Shown here piece after piece: positions 46,482-56,129 of a DNA stretch of 64,000 nt. The notes beneath the pieces are model-generated. The model did not search any database. It had not been told where the DNA came from and saw nothing but the letters and a program-made list of their open reading frames with translations. Location: assembly GCA_965223905.1 (NCBI GenBank), contig CBDCXV010000001.1, positions 768,001 to 832,000 on the forward strand, written 5' to 3'. Position numbers and translations under genes: made by a program. Every line of letters starts with the position of its first letter. Within the stretch, counting starts at the first letter, position 1. Source of the stretch: Candidatus Latescibacterota bacterium. Lineage in GTDB: Bacteria; Latescibacterota; UBA2968; UBA8231.

Positions 46482-47231
46482 TCAGGCACTGTCGCGCAGG
46501 TAGCGCGCAACCGCCCCCACCGGCGCCGTCCAGATGGAGTCCCGCCGCTCCCCGAGATAGTCGACCAGGTCCTGATGCACCCCGGGATCGATGTACAGGC
46601 TGTGAGTGCCTTCGCCGACTCCGTGGATCATGTAGATGATCCAGCCGCCTGAAGCGACGGCGGCGTCGATCTCCTGCCGCAGTCGGTCGAAACCGCGGCC
46701 GTCGCCGCTGAAATGCCCCAGGGCGTTGAAGTTGATCGTCGCCGCATCGACGACCCGGTTGTTGCAGGGGCCGCGGCCGGCGACGAACAGTTCATCGATC
46801 AGTGGCTCGAGGCTGTGAAGCGTATCCCCTTCGCCGAGATCGGTGTTGCAGCAGGTGTTTCCGAAGGAACGCTCTTGCCCGCCGTCGAGCGACGACAGGA
46901 TGGCGTTCGCGGCGCGCATTTCGTCGCTCCACCGGCGGGGTGTGTACCTGCGCAGGTCGTACTCGTCGGGGAGCCAGTCGTTGCCCTGGTTCTTTCGGCA
47001 CGGGTGAAAGATGCTGTGGTTGCCGAGCTCGTGGCCCCTGGCGGCGACATCCCGCCAGGCACCGGGGTTGTTGATCAGGTTGGTGATGTGGGTGTAGAAG
47101 GTCGCCCGCAGTCCGTGGGTTTCCCATGCGGGAACGACCGCCTCGTAGTGACAGGGGAGCGCGTCGTCGTAGCTGATGGATACGGCTCCCTGGGCTTCTT
47201 CCGGCCAGGAAAAGGCTGACTGTTCACCCAT
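46482..47231 (-). CDS. Polysaccharide deacetylase (CE4/NodB)
   Basis: 'VSISYDD', 'LRATFY', 'GHELGNHS..HP', 'GGWIIYMIHG'. Confidence 0.88.
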   Translation of the reverse strand: MGEQSAFSWPEEAQGAVSISYDDALPCHYEAVVPAWETHGLRATFYTHITNLINNPGAWRDVAARGHELGNHSIFHPCRKNQGNDWLPDEYDLRRYTPRRWSDEMRAANAILSSLDGGQERSFGNTCCNTDLGEGDTLHSLEPLIDELFVAGRGPCNNRVVDAATINFNALGHFSGDGRGFDRLRQEIDAAVASGGWIIYMIHGVGEGTHSLYIDPGVHQDLVDYLGERRDSIWTAPVGAVARYLRDSA

Positions 47232-47237
47232 TCGGAA

Positions 47238-49051
47238 CTATTTCCCGCCCAGACGATCCCGCGCGAGGATACCCTCGCCCTGGGCAACGGCGTACCTGAA
47301 ACCGGGGCTCATTCCTTCCCTTATCACCTCTTCGGTCCCGTCGGGCCACCACACCCTCAGGCTGTCGACCGATGCGGCTTCTCCCAGTCCGAAGGTCAGG
47401 ACCAGGCTGCTCTGGCTGAGGTAGGAGGAGCCGGTGCGCACCATCCCCTGCTGCCGCTGCCCCCGGCGGCCAGGGCGACGCGCGCGCCGATGGCCTCGCG
47501 GTTGGGAGGTCGGCCCTGCAGGCGGAGAGCGATCGCCCGGTAGTTGGAGCCTCCCTCGTTGCGCAGCAAACGGACGCCGCCCCCGTTCTCCGTCATCATG
47601 ACGTCCGGTCTGCCGTTGCCGTCGATGTCGCCGATGGCGAGGCCGCGCGCGACCATGGCCTGCTGAAAGATCGCGCCCGACTGCTCCGACACCTCGACCA
47701 GGACCCCCTCGCCGTCGTTCCAGAACAGCTGCGGAGCCTGCGCGTACTCGATCTCCTTCTGCACGGTGTTGATGTCCGGCTCGATGTGGCCGTTGGCGAT
47801 GATGAGATCCTGGAAGCCGTCGAGGTCGTAGTCGAAGAAACGCAGGCCGAAGGTCAGGGTGGGCAGCGTCGGCTGCACCAGGCGACTGCGGCCCGCCACG
47901 TCGAGGAACGCCGAGCTCGTCTGCCGGCGGTAGAGGGACAGGGCCTCGCGGCTGAAGTTGCCGATGCCGATCGTCGCCACGCCGTCGTTGCCCAGCGAGG
48001 CGACGTCGACCCCCATTCCGGCGCGCGCCCGGCCCGATTCGTCGTAGCCGATGCCGACGGCGAGGCCGATCTCCTCGAAACGGCCGCCGATGTTTCTCAG
48101 CAGGAAGTTCGGCTGCGTGTCGTTGGTCACCACGAGGTCGGGAAGGCCGTCCTCCTCGAAGTCGGCCACGGCGACTCCCATCGACTTGGCGTGCGGGAGC
48201 AGCACCCCCGCCTCCGCGGTGATCTCGTCGAAAGCCCCGTCGCCGCGGTTGCGGTAGAGGCGGCAGGTCGAGCCGGGGTACTGCTGCGGCGTCGCGTACG
48301 ACTTGTTCTCGCCGTCGAAGGAGAAGAACAGGTCGGTATCGGGGGACCAGCGCACGTAGTTGGTGACGAACAGGTCGAGCCAGCCGTCGCCGTCGACGTC
48401 CGCCCACACGGCCCCCGTCGACCACTCGGGGTGGCTGCGGCCGGCTTCGTCCTCCCACAGGACTCCCTGCACCCCGGAGGCCGCGGCCCTGTCGGCGAAG
48501 CGGCCGCTACTGTTCTTGAGCAGCAGGTTCGGCCCCAGGGTGGTCAGGTAGATGTCGAGGTCGTCGTCGGCGTCGTAGTCGGCCGCGGCGACCCCCATTC
48601 CGTAGACGGAAAAATCGAGTCCGGCCGCGGCGGTGACTTCGGCGAACGACTCGCTGCCGTCGTTGCGGTAGAGCTCGCTGGTCGGGGAGGCCCCGGCCGC
48701 GGGGGCGCGCCCTTTCCAGTAGGTGCTGTTGACGAGCAGGATGTCGTCGTCGCCGTCGCCGTCGTAGTCGAGGAAGGCGCAGCCGCTGCCCATCGTCTCC
48801 GGCATCCACTTGTCCCCGGCGGCGCCGGTTTCGTGGGCGAACCCGATGCCGGCTTCCGCGGCGATGTCGGTGAAGCGGACGCCGGGCGGCTGCTTCCGCT
48901 CGCCTACGGAGGTGTAGTCGGGCCCCGGAGCGGTCCGGGTGTACGCCGGAGGCGGGGGGGCTTTCTCGACCTTCTCTTCACCGCAGGTTGTCAGCAGGAA
49001 CAGGGCCGCGGCGCCCGCGAGCGCCGGGCGCAGGGTAGGCGGGACGGTCAT
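47238..49051 (-). CDS. CRTAC1-like FG-GAP repeat + ASPIC/UnbV lipoprotein, frameshift at 47460-47464
   Basis: 'ETMGSGCAFLDYDGDG', 'DYDADDDLDIY', 'DVDGDGWLDLFVTNY', 'GRARAGMGVD', 'NREAIGARV', then 'GSSYLSQS...FGLG...VWWPDG' in the next frame. Confidence 0.85.
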
Positions 49052-51983
49052 CTCTCCCGGCCCGAAGCGTGAGCCGCAGCCAGCTGGTGAATGTGGATCG
49101 CCTGGACTTCGCGGTTGTCGTCGTCGTGCTGGAGGCGGTAGGCCCGGGTGACGGTCTGGGCCGACTCGTCTATCTGGTGGTACTGGTAGGCCGCTTCCGC
49201 CAGCTGCGCCTCCGCTTCCCGCCCGAGGGCGCGCAGCGACAGCATGCGGTGGTAGTGGGCGACGCGGTCCTCCGGATCGATGGCGAGCACCCGGTCGAGC
49301 GCCTCGAGCGCGGCGTCGAAGCGGCCGTCGAGGTAGAGGACGCGCCCGAGGTTGCGCCAGGAGGCGCGGTCGTCGGGAAAGGAGGCGAGCACGTGGCGAT
49401 AGGCGAGCTCGGCGTCGGCGTAGCGGCCGTTCTTCTGGTGCGCCACTCCCCACACCCAGGCGGTCTGGGGGTCGCCGGACTTCAGCTCCTCGCAGCGCTG
49501 CAGGTGGCGGTAGGCCTTCGTCGAGGTGGCCGTCGCGCAGCGCCGCCTTCGCCATGTTGCGCGGGCCGTCGAGGCGTTGCGGCGCCAGCTCGGCGACGGT
49601 CTCGAAGGCGAGCATGGCGCCCCGGGTGTCCCCCTGCAGCAGCAGGCCGATGCCGTAGTCGTTGAAGCGGACCCAGTCTTCCGGTGACGGCAGAGCCGGA
49701 ACCGGCCGCGTTCCCTTCGGTTGTTACCGCCAGGGCCAGGGTGTCGGCGGCGATTTCGGTCACCGGCAGGTTGGGGACGGCGTCGAACCCGGCGAAACCG
49801 GCGCGGTTGTTGTTGAACGCGAACTCGGTGTAACGGCGGTCGAATTTCCTCCACAGCAGCCGCGCCCGTATGGTGATCCGGGAACCGGACAGGTCCTCGG
49901 GCACCTCGAGCTCGTAGTGGGCGACGTCCGCGGTGCCAGGGCCAATCACCCTGACGTAGACGGGGGCGAAGATGTCCTGGGCGTTGCGCTTGTGGATCGC
50001 CTCGCCGTGGCGGTCGACCAGAAGCGCCTTGTAGAAATGGGCCCCGGGGTCGACGTGCCCGTCCTGCCGCAGGCGGCCGCTGGCGGCCAGCGCGTGCCCC
50101 TCTTCGTCGGCGACGGTCACCTCCAGCCAGCCTTCGTTGGAGTCGTTGGTGCCGCCGGGGAAGGTGTGACCCACTCCCTTGTTGCGGACGACGACGTCGA
50201 ACTGTATCCGCTCACCCGGGGAAACCGCGACCTCCCCGGCCGGCGCGTGGACCTCGCCGCCGTCCTCGCGGCGCACCGCGAACAGGTCGACGCGGAGCTT
50301 CTCGTCCCGCAGGAACTCCTCGATGCGGGCGATGGTCCCGGTGTCTCCGCGCAGGAAGGGGAGGGCGGTGTTGACGGCGAGGAAGCGGTGCGATTTCACC
50401 ATGTCGTCCTTGGCCGCCACGTCGCCGAGAACCGCCTCTTCCAGGGGCATGTGGCAGTCCTGGCAGACCCGCCTGGCCCCCGGCAGGTAGAAGGTGCGCG
50501 CCGCGTTCAGGGACACGCCGCTGTCGTGCCAGTTGTCGTACTCGTCCTGGCCCCGCAGCCAGCGGTAGTTGTTGAGGCGGGTGTCGAGGCTGACCTTGTG
50601 GCAGGTGGCGCAGAACTCCGAGGTGCGGAAGAACGGCTTCAGCATCTGCCGCTTGTGAACCTCGGGGCGGGCTTTCAGCGCGGTGTCGTGCACGAAGTGG
50701 CCGAGGCCGTCCTCCGAGGCGGCGAACAGGTAGGGGTCCTCCTGCTCGTCGGCGATGTTGTAGTTGCCGTTTCCCGTGACCCCGTCTATCTGGTCGATGG
50801 CGTGACAGGCCAGGCAGGTCAGTCCGGCCTGGGCCTGCGGGGTCTCGCGGTCGATCTCCCCGGTCATCTTGCCGGCGAGCATCAGCGCCGGATCGTGGCA
50901 TCCCGAGCACCACTTCGACTTGACCAGGGCCTCCTTGTCTTCGAGGTCCTCGCGCAGGCTTTCGGGAGCCCGTTCCCTGAAATAGGCAATGTGGGCGGCG
51001 ACTTCGGCGTTCCCCCCGGTCGAAACCTCCCTCATGTTTTCGATCGTCGCCTCGTAGAAGGGGTTGTTGAAAGAGGCGAAGCGATGCGCCGATTTCGACC
51101 ACTGCTCGACGATGTCGGCGTGGCAGCCGGCGCACTGGGCGGCACCGATTTGCTCTTCGACGACGAAACCGTGCCTGCGCAGATCGCCCGACAGCTGCTC
51201 GGCGTCCGGAAGGTTGCCGCGCGTGATGATGCGGGACGGAAGGTAGGATCCGGTGGTGGTCGTGGTCGCCGCGGGAAAGAACGGGCTTTCCGCCGGAACG
51301 TAGTTGGCGGGCACGAAAGCGTCCGGGGCGTACTCGGCCACGTCGCGCAGCTTCGATCCGGCGCCGAGATGGGTGCCCTCGGCGAACGCCTTTTCCGCGG
51401 CCTCGGTGTAGGCCTCGCGAACGTAGGTGATTCCGTGGAGGCCGACGGCGACCAGGGCGACCCCGGCGATGGCCGCGGGCACGAGGCGGTAGCTCAGCGG
51501 CGACGGCTTCCAACGCGAGGCGCGCCGGTGCAGGAGGTAGAACAGCGGCAGCAGCGCCGCGGCTCCGACGTGACTCCAGAAAGCCCACCGGTTCTCGCGG
51601 TTGTTGGCGGCGCTCAGGATGAACAGTCCGGTAACCGTCAGGCCGAGTCCCAGGCCGATGGTCACGATGCCGGTGGCGATGGCGCGGCGGCGGCTGCGCC
51701 GCCAGACGACCGGCAGGTGCAGCTCGACGAAGGCGATGGCCAGCACCACCAGCAGCAGGCCGGCGCCGGTGTGGGACAGCACCATCACCTGGTAGAACTT
51801 GGGAAGCGACGTCTCGGTGACGGCGAAGTAGCCGATCTGCAGGCTGTCGGCCAGCCTGTTGACGAGGAGATAGAGGGTGTCGGCGAACATGAAGACGCCG
51901 AGACCCAGAACGACCAGAAGCAGCTTGCGCTGCCGCGGCCCGAGCCGGCTGGAGGACCTTCTTTGTGGACTGGGGTTGCTCAT
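49048..51983 (-). CDS. Membrane-anchored pentaheme c-type cytochrome (c554-like) fused to TPR repeats, two frameshifts (near 49680 and 49515)
   Basis: About 5 N-terminal TM helices. CxxCH motifs CAGCH, CSGCH, CLACH, CATCH, CQDCH; 'GVGHTFPGGT.D'; C-terminal TPRs 'RFNDYGIGLL', 'WRNLGRVLY...AHYH'. Confidence 0.82.
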
Positions 51984-52517
51984 GCGAGGGGCTGCAACGG
52001 ACCCGGCGGGGGCCGTAGGAGAGCGGTGGAGCTGCTGGAAGGGGGGCGGTTCCGCCGCTCCTGAAATACTCGTAACTCAAAATAATTCAGATAGTTCGGG
52101 CCGGCAAACCACGCGGGAATGGCTAGCCGCCCCGGGCACTGAGGGAGGGCCCTGGACCGCCTTCGGGAAACCCTTCGCTGCCGGAAACCGCTATCGGAGC
52201 TGCTCGATGGGGTCCTGAAACCCTCGGGGCCGCCCCCGGGCCTTAGGGGTGCAGGACTGACTCTTGAGCAAACCCGTGCGAGGCCGGAACGGACTTCGCG
52301 GTTGCTCCGGGAGCGGGTGAAAACCCGCGTGCGTGCCCGGGGGGAATGTCCCCGCTGGCGAGAGGCCGGGCGCCCGAATCGATCCCGGGAAACATAACGG
52401 CCCAACCGCCGCGGGCAGGCGACAGGATCCGGAGGGGGCGCTTGCAAGCCGGCAGTGGCTTGTCCAGGCCGGGCACCGGGGTTTAGTATTGGCTCCTCTC
52501 CTCGCTGCCGATATTCC

Positions 52518-53330
52518 ATGACAATAACGCAGTCGCTCGTGCTCGGGATCGTTCAGGGATTGACGGAATTCCTGCCGGTCAGCAGCACCGCCCACCTCCT
52601 CATCCTCCCCTACTTTGTGGGATGGCAGGATCCCGGGACCGCGTTTTCCGCGGCCATTCAGCTCGGAACCCTCGCTGCGGTCTTCATCTACTTCGCCGGG
52701 GACATCAAACGCTTGGCGTCCGCCGCCTGGGAGAGCCTGGGACGGCGCGACCTGCGCCACACCCAGGACTCGCTGCTCGCCTGGGCGATCATCCCCGGCA
52801 CCCTGCCGATCGCCGTGTTCGGCCTGGGCTTTCGGGATTTCATCGAAGGTGAGGCGCGCGGAGTGTCGATCGTGGCCTCTGCGCTGATCGGGGGGGCGAT
52901 CCTGCTTCTGGTTGCCGAAAAGGCCGGGAAGCGCGACCGCGGCATGGAATGTCTGGGCTTCTGGCGCATCCAGTTCATCGGGCTCTGCCAGGCCCTGGCC
53001 CTGATCCCCGGAAGCTCCCGTTCGGGAGTGACCATCGCCGGGGGGCTGCTCGCCGGGCTCCGCAGGAAGGAGGCCGCCCGTTTCTCCTTCCTTCTCGGGC
53101 TTCCCGCGATCGCCGCCAGCGGGCTGCTGCAGCTGCTCGAGCTGATGGGCGGGGAGACCGGCGCTCTCCCCGGTCTCGCCGTCGGCATCGCCGCCGCGGG
53201 AATCAGCGGCTACCTGGCGATAGGTTTCCTGCTCCGTTTCCTCGAGCGCCACGGAACCCACGCCTTCGCCTGTTACCGCCTCGCACTGGGGGCTGCGCTC
53301 CTTGTGATGAATTTCGCGTGGCAGGGATGA
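52518..53330 (+). CDS. uppP: Undecaprenyl-diphosphate phosphatase
   Basis: 'LGIVQGLTEFLPVSSTAHL', 'IQLG', 'PGSSRSGVTI', 'AARFSFLL', 'YRLALG'. Confidence 0.95.
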   Translation: MTITQSLVLGIVQGLTEFLPVSSTAHLLILPYFVGWQDPGTAFSAAIQLGTLAAVFIYFAGDIKRLASAAWESLGRRDLRHTQDSLLAWAIIPGTLPIAVFGLGFRDFIEGEARGVSIVASALIGGAILLLVAEKAGKRDRGMECLGFWRIQFIGLCQALALIPGSSRSGVTIAGGLLAGLRRKEAARFSFLLGLPAIAASGLLQLLELMGGETGALPGLAVGIAAAGISGYLAIGFLLRFLERHGTHAFACYRLALGAALLVMNFAWQG

Positions 53331-53487
53331 GCCGCCGCAATCAGGCGTCGTCCGCGCGCCGATGGGCCCGGACCGGCGCGGATCTTACCATTTGAAAGCT
53401 CAACATGGAAGTGACAGCGAGACCCTGACCGTCACGGGATGGCACGGCCTTGTACGTCAACTTCTCCAACCGCGATGAGAAAGGACC

Positions 53488-54279
53488 ATGTATCCGAATC
53501 CACTGAAGCAGAAACTGCAGGGCGGAGAGCTGGTGCTTGGGACCAGTCTGCCCGCCTTCACGCCGCAGGTCGCCGGAATGATCTGCAACGCCGGCATCGA
53601 CTTCGTCTGGATCTGTACCGAGCACTCTCCGTACTCGTTCGAGCGTCTCGACGTCATCCCCTCGCTGATCCGCCAGCGCGGGGTGGCGCCGATGATTCGC
53701 GTCGCCAACAACGACGCCGGATTGATCAAGAAGGCGTATGACGTAGGGGCCGTGGCGGTGATGGTTCCGCAGGTCGACACCCCCGCAGAGGTCGCCGCGG
53801 CGGTGGAGCACGCCCACTACCCGCCAGAGGGGAAACGCGGCATCACCCCCAACTGGCCCTGGGTAGCCGGCGTCGACTGGACCCACGTCATCCGCACGGC
53901 AAACGAGGAGACCGTCCTGATCCTCCAGCTCGAAAGCCGGGAAGCCTACGACAATCTCGACGCCATCGTCGAAGTCGGCGGTTTCGACGTCCTGCTGGTC
54001 GGGCCGATGGACCTGTCCGCTTCCGTCGGACGCATCACCGAAACCGGCTGCGACGAGGTGCAGAGCATCATGGAGGAGGTGCCCCGCAGAATCGCCGGAT
54101 CCGGCATCGTCGCCGGCACCACCCTCGGCGAGGTCGCCGAAGTCCAGGAGAAGTACCGCTGGGGGTACCGCTTCCTCAACGTCGGCAATCCGCTGGCGTA
54201 CGGCATGCAGGTGCTGAACCGGAACCTCGCGACGTTGCGCTCCGATCCGACGGGGGAAAGGGGCGTACAAGGGGGATGA
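53488..54279 (+). CDS. HpcH/HpaI aldolase family protein
   Basis: 'GIDFVWI.TEH', 'D.GA..VMVPQV', 'YPPEGKRG', 'QLES', 'VGPMDLS.S.G'. Confidence 0.92.
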   Translation: MYPNPLKQKLQGGELVLGTSLPAFTPQVAGMICNAGIDFVWICTEHSPYSFERLDVIPSLIRQRGVAPMIRVANNDAGLIKKAYDVGAVAVMVPQVDTPAEVAAAVEHAHYPPEGKRGITPNWPWVAGVDWTHVIRTANEETVLILQLESREAYDNLDAIVEVGGFDVLLVGPMDLSASVGRITETGCDEVQSIMEEVPRRIAGSGIVAGTTLGEVAEVQEKYRWGYRFLNVGNPLAYGMQVLNRNLATLRSDPTGERGVQGG

Positions 54280-54364
54280 CGGGCGGCCCCGGTCCCCGGA
54301 GTTGCGGCTGGCGGGGTTCCCCGGATGCCTGAATAGCGATGAACCTCACCGGTTCAGGGGAAAA

Positions 54365-54415
54365 TGTGGAAAAAATCCCGGTATCCACAGTTGGTGTGGA
54401 TAAGATTGTGGAAAC
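54365..54415. promoter_or_regulatory. Cluster of four DnaA-box-like 9-mers
   Basis: TGTGGAAAA 54365, GTATCCACA 54381, TGTGGATAA 54395 (perfect consensus), TGTGGAAAC 54407. Confidence 0.7.
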
Positions 54416-54598
54416 AAATGTTGGCAGAGTGGGGTACCCGGGGGGCTCTTTCCGTTTCTACCAGAAGAGGCTGGCCAATGAGACTTCCGGCGGACGTGTT
54501 GCCCCCCTCCCCCCGATTCCAGCCGCTGCCTCGAGGAAAAAATCGCGGTTCAATCCAAACCAGATCATCTGTGCGATTTGACCCCTCGATTCCATCGC

Positions 54599-54652
54599 CC
54601 AGCGTTGCCTGCGCTCCCCGTACACCCGGTACGACTCGCTCAGGCGCCTTGC
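54599..54652 (+). repeat. Structured intergenic repeat (hairpin module)
   Basis: gcgttgcctgcgctccccgtacacccggtacgactcgctcaggcgccttg; see 32631-32686 and the reverse complement of 9386-9442. Confidence 0.75.
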
Positions 54653-54728
54653 GAGCCGTGCGCCTCAGCGCCGGAAGTTTTCAAGTATCCGTGGGAGGCG
54701 ACACTGGCATTGAAAGGAGATTCCGCCG

Positions 54729-56096
54729 ATGACCTGCGCCTGGCATGAGATCGACCGCTACCTGATCGGCGAGGCCTGGGCCGGCTCCCGCATCGGTCCC
54801 CACCTGAAAAAGCTCTGCGACGAGATCGGCCCTCGCTGGGCATCGTCGGCTCAGGAGTGGCAGACGATCGACTACATCCGCGAGCAGTTTGCGGCCTGCG
54901 GCCTCGATGCAGGGGATGTCGAGGAGTACGAGATGGACACCTGGTCCTGGTCGGCCGCCGGGGCGACCCTTGAGGACGGCCGCGAGCTCGATCTGCTGCC
55001 GGTGATATGGTGCCCCTCGTTCGACGTCGAGGCGCCGGTGGTCGACGTCGGTTTCGGGACGGAACGCGAAATCGCTGCGGCCGCGGGTTTGCGCGGAGCC
55101 GCCGCGGTGATGGCACTCGCCCATGCGCCCTTCACGAGGCCGTCTCCCCACGCCTATCGCCTGCGCAACCTAGCCGCGGCGGGGGCGGCCGCGGCGGTCC
55201 TCATCGACGTCAAGGAGGGGGGGCGCAAGGAGTACCATAGCGCCAACGACCTCAAGGATCCTGATTTTCCCAATCCGCCGCTCCCCGCAGTCACCGTCTC
55301 CAGGGAAGAGGGGCGGTTGCTGCGCAGACAGGCCGGCGCGCGTCTGCACCTGCGCGCCGAGACCAACACCTTCCGGGCTCCGTCCGCCAACGTCGTCGGC
55401 GAGCTCGAGGGAGCCGGAGCGGGCGGCGAACATCTCGTCCTCGGCGCCCACCACGATACCGTGTACGGGGCCCCGGGCGGCAACGACAACTCCTCCGGAG
55501 TCATCGCCGTTCTCGAGACGGCGCGGGTGCTGGCCCGGTTGCGCCGCGAAACCGGCGAGGCTCCGGGATGCTCCCTGCGTTTCGTCACCTACAGCGCCGA
55601 GGAGCAGCGCTTTCAGGGATCCTTCGCCTTCGTCAACAGCCACTACGGGCAGGAGAGGCCGCCGCGGCTGGCACTCAACCTCGATGAGCTGAGCACCGGG
55701 CACATGAAGGGGGTCGTCCTCGGCTTCCCCCACCTGCAGCCGCTCCTGCAGCGGCAGCTCGACGACATGGGGGAAGGCCACCAGTGCCACGTCATGTCAC
55801 AGCTCGACGCCACTTCCGACCACTTCCCCTACCTGGCTGCAGGGCTCGATGCGGGGCACCTGTGGCGCTGGCGGTTCGTCGGCCGCCACGGCGATTCCGA
55901 CTTCCATCACGAGCCGGGAGACAGTGCCGACAAGCTGAACGTCCGGGAACTGAAGGAGTACGTCGCCCACCTGGCGCGGCTGCTGCTGCGGCTGTCACGG
56001 GTGCCGGCGTCGGAGTGGCCGCCGAATCCGGTGACCCCGGAGGAAGTCGCGGCCCGTCTCGAGCGCGAGCGCGGGTCGGTGGTCAGGGTGTTCTGA
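54729..56096 (+). CDS. M28 family metallopeptidase with PA domain
   Basis: 'IGPR', 'SANVVGE', 'LGAHHD', 'GNDNSSG', 'AEEQ...GS', 'LNLD', 'SDHFP', 'HH..GD'. Confidence 0.9.
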   Translation: MTCAWHEIDRYLIGEAWAGSRIGPHLKKLCDEIGPRWASSAQEWQTIDYIREQFAACGLDAGDVEEYEMDTWSWSAAGATLEDGRELDLLPVIWCPSFDVEAPVVDVGFGTEREIAAAAGLRGAAAVMALAHAPFTRPSPHAYRLRNLAAAGAAAAVLIDVKEGGRKEYHSANDLKDPDFPNPPLPAVTVSREEGRLLRRQAGARLHLRAETNTFRAPSANVVGELEGAGAGGEHLVLGAHHDTVYGAPGGNDNSSGVIAVLETARVLARLRRETGEAPGCSLRFVTYSAEEQRFQGSFAFVNSHYGQERPPRLALNLDELSTGHMKGVVLGFPHLQPLLQRQLDDMGEGHQCHVMSQLDATSDHFPYLAAGLDAGHLWRWRFVGRHGDSDFHHEPGDSADKLNVRELKEYVAHLARLLLRLSRVPASEWPPNPVTPEEVAARLERERGSVVRVF

Positions 56097-56129
56097 AGCC
56101 GGCGGGGCCGACAAAGGTCCCCCGCCCTT

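Noticed and set aside
52000-52510. ncRNA or small gene in the 500-bp divergent region before uppP
   Set aside because: No credible ORF or known RNA motif; only a short gactcttgagcaaa similarity to ~19983-19998, too weak to call.
53440-53456. Sigma-54 promoter (TGGCACG...TTG) upstream of aldolase
   Set aside because: Spacing is one base short and the -12 GC dinucleotide is missing.
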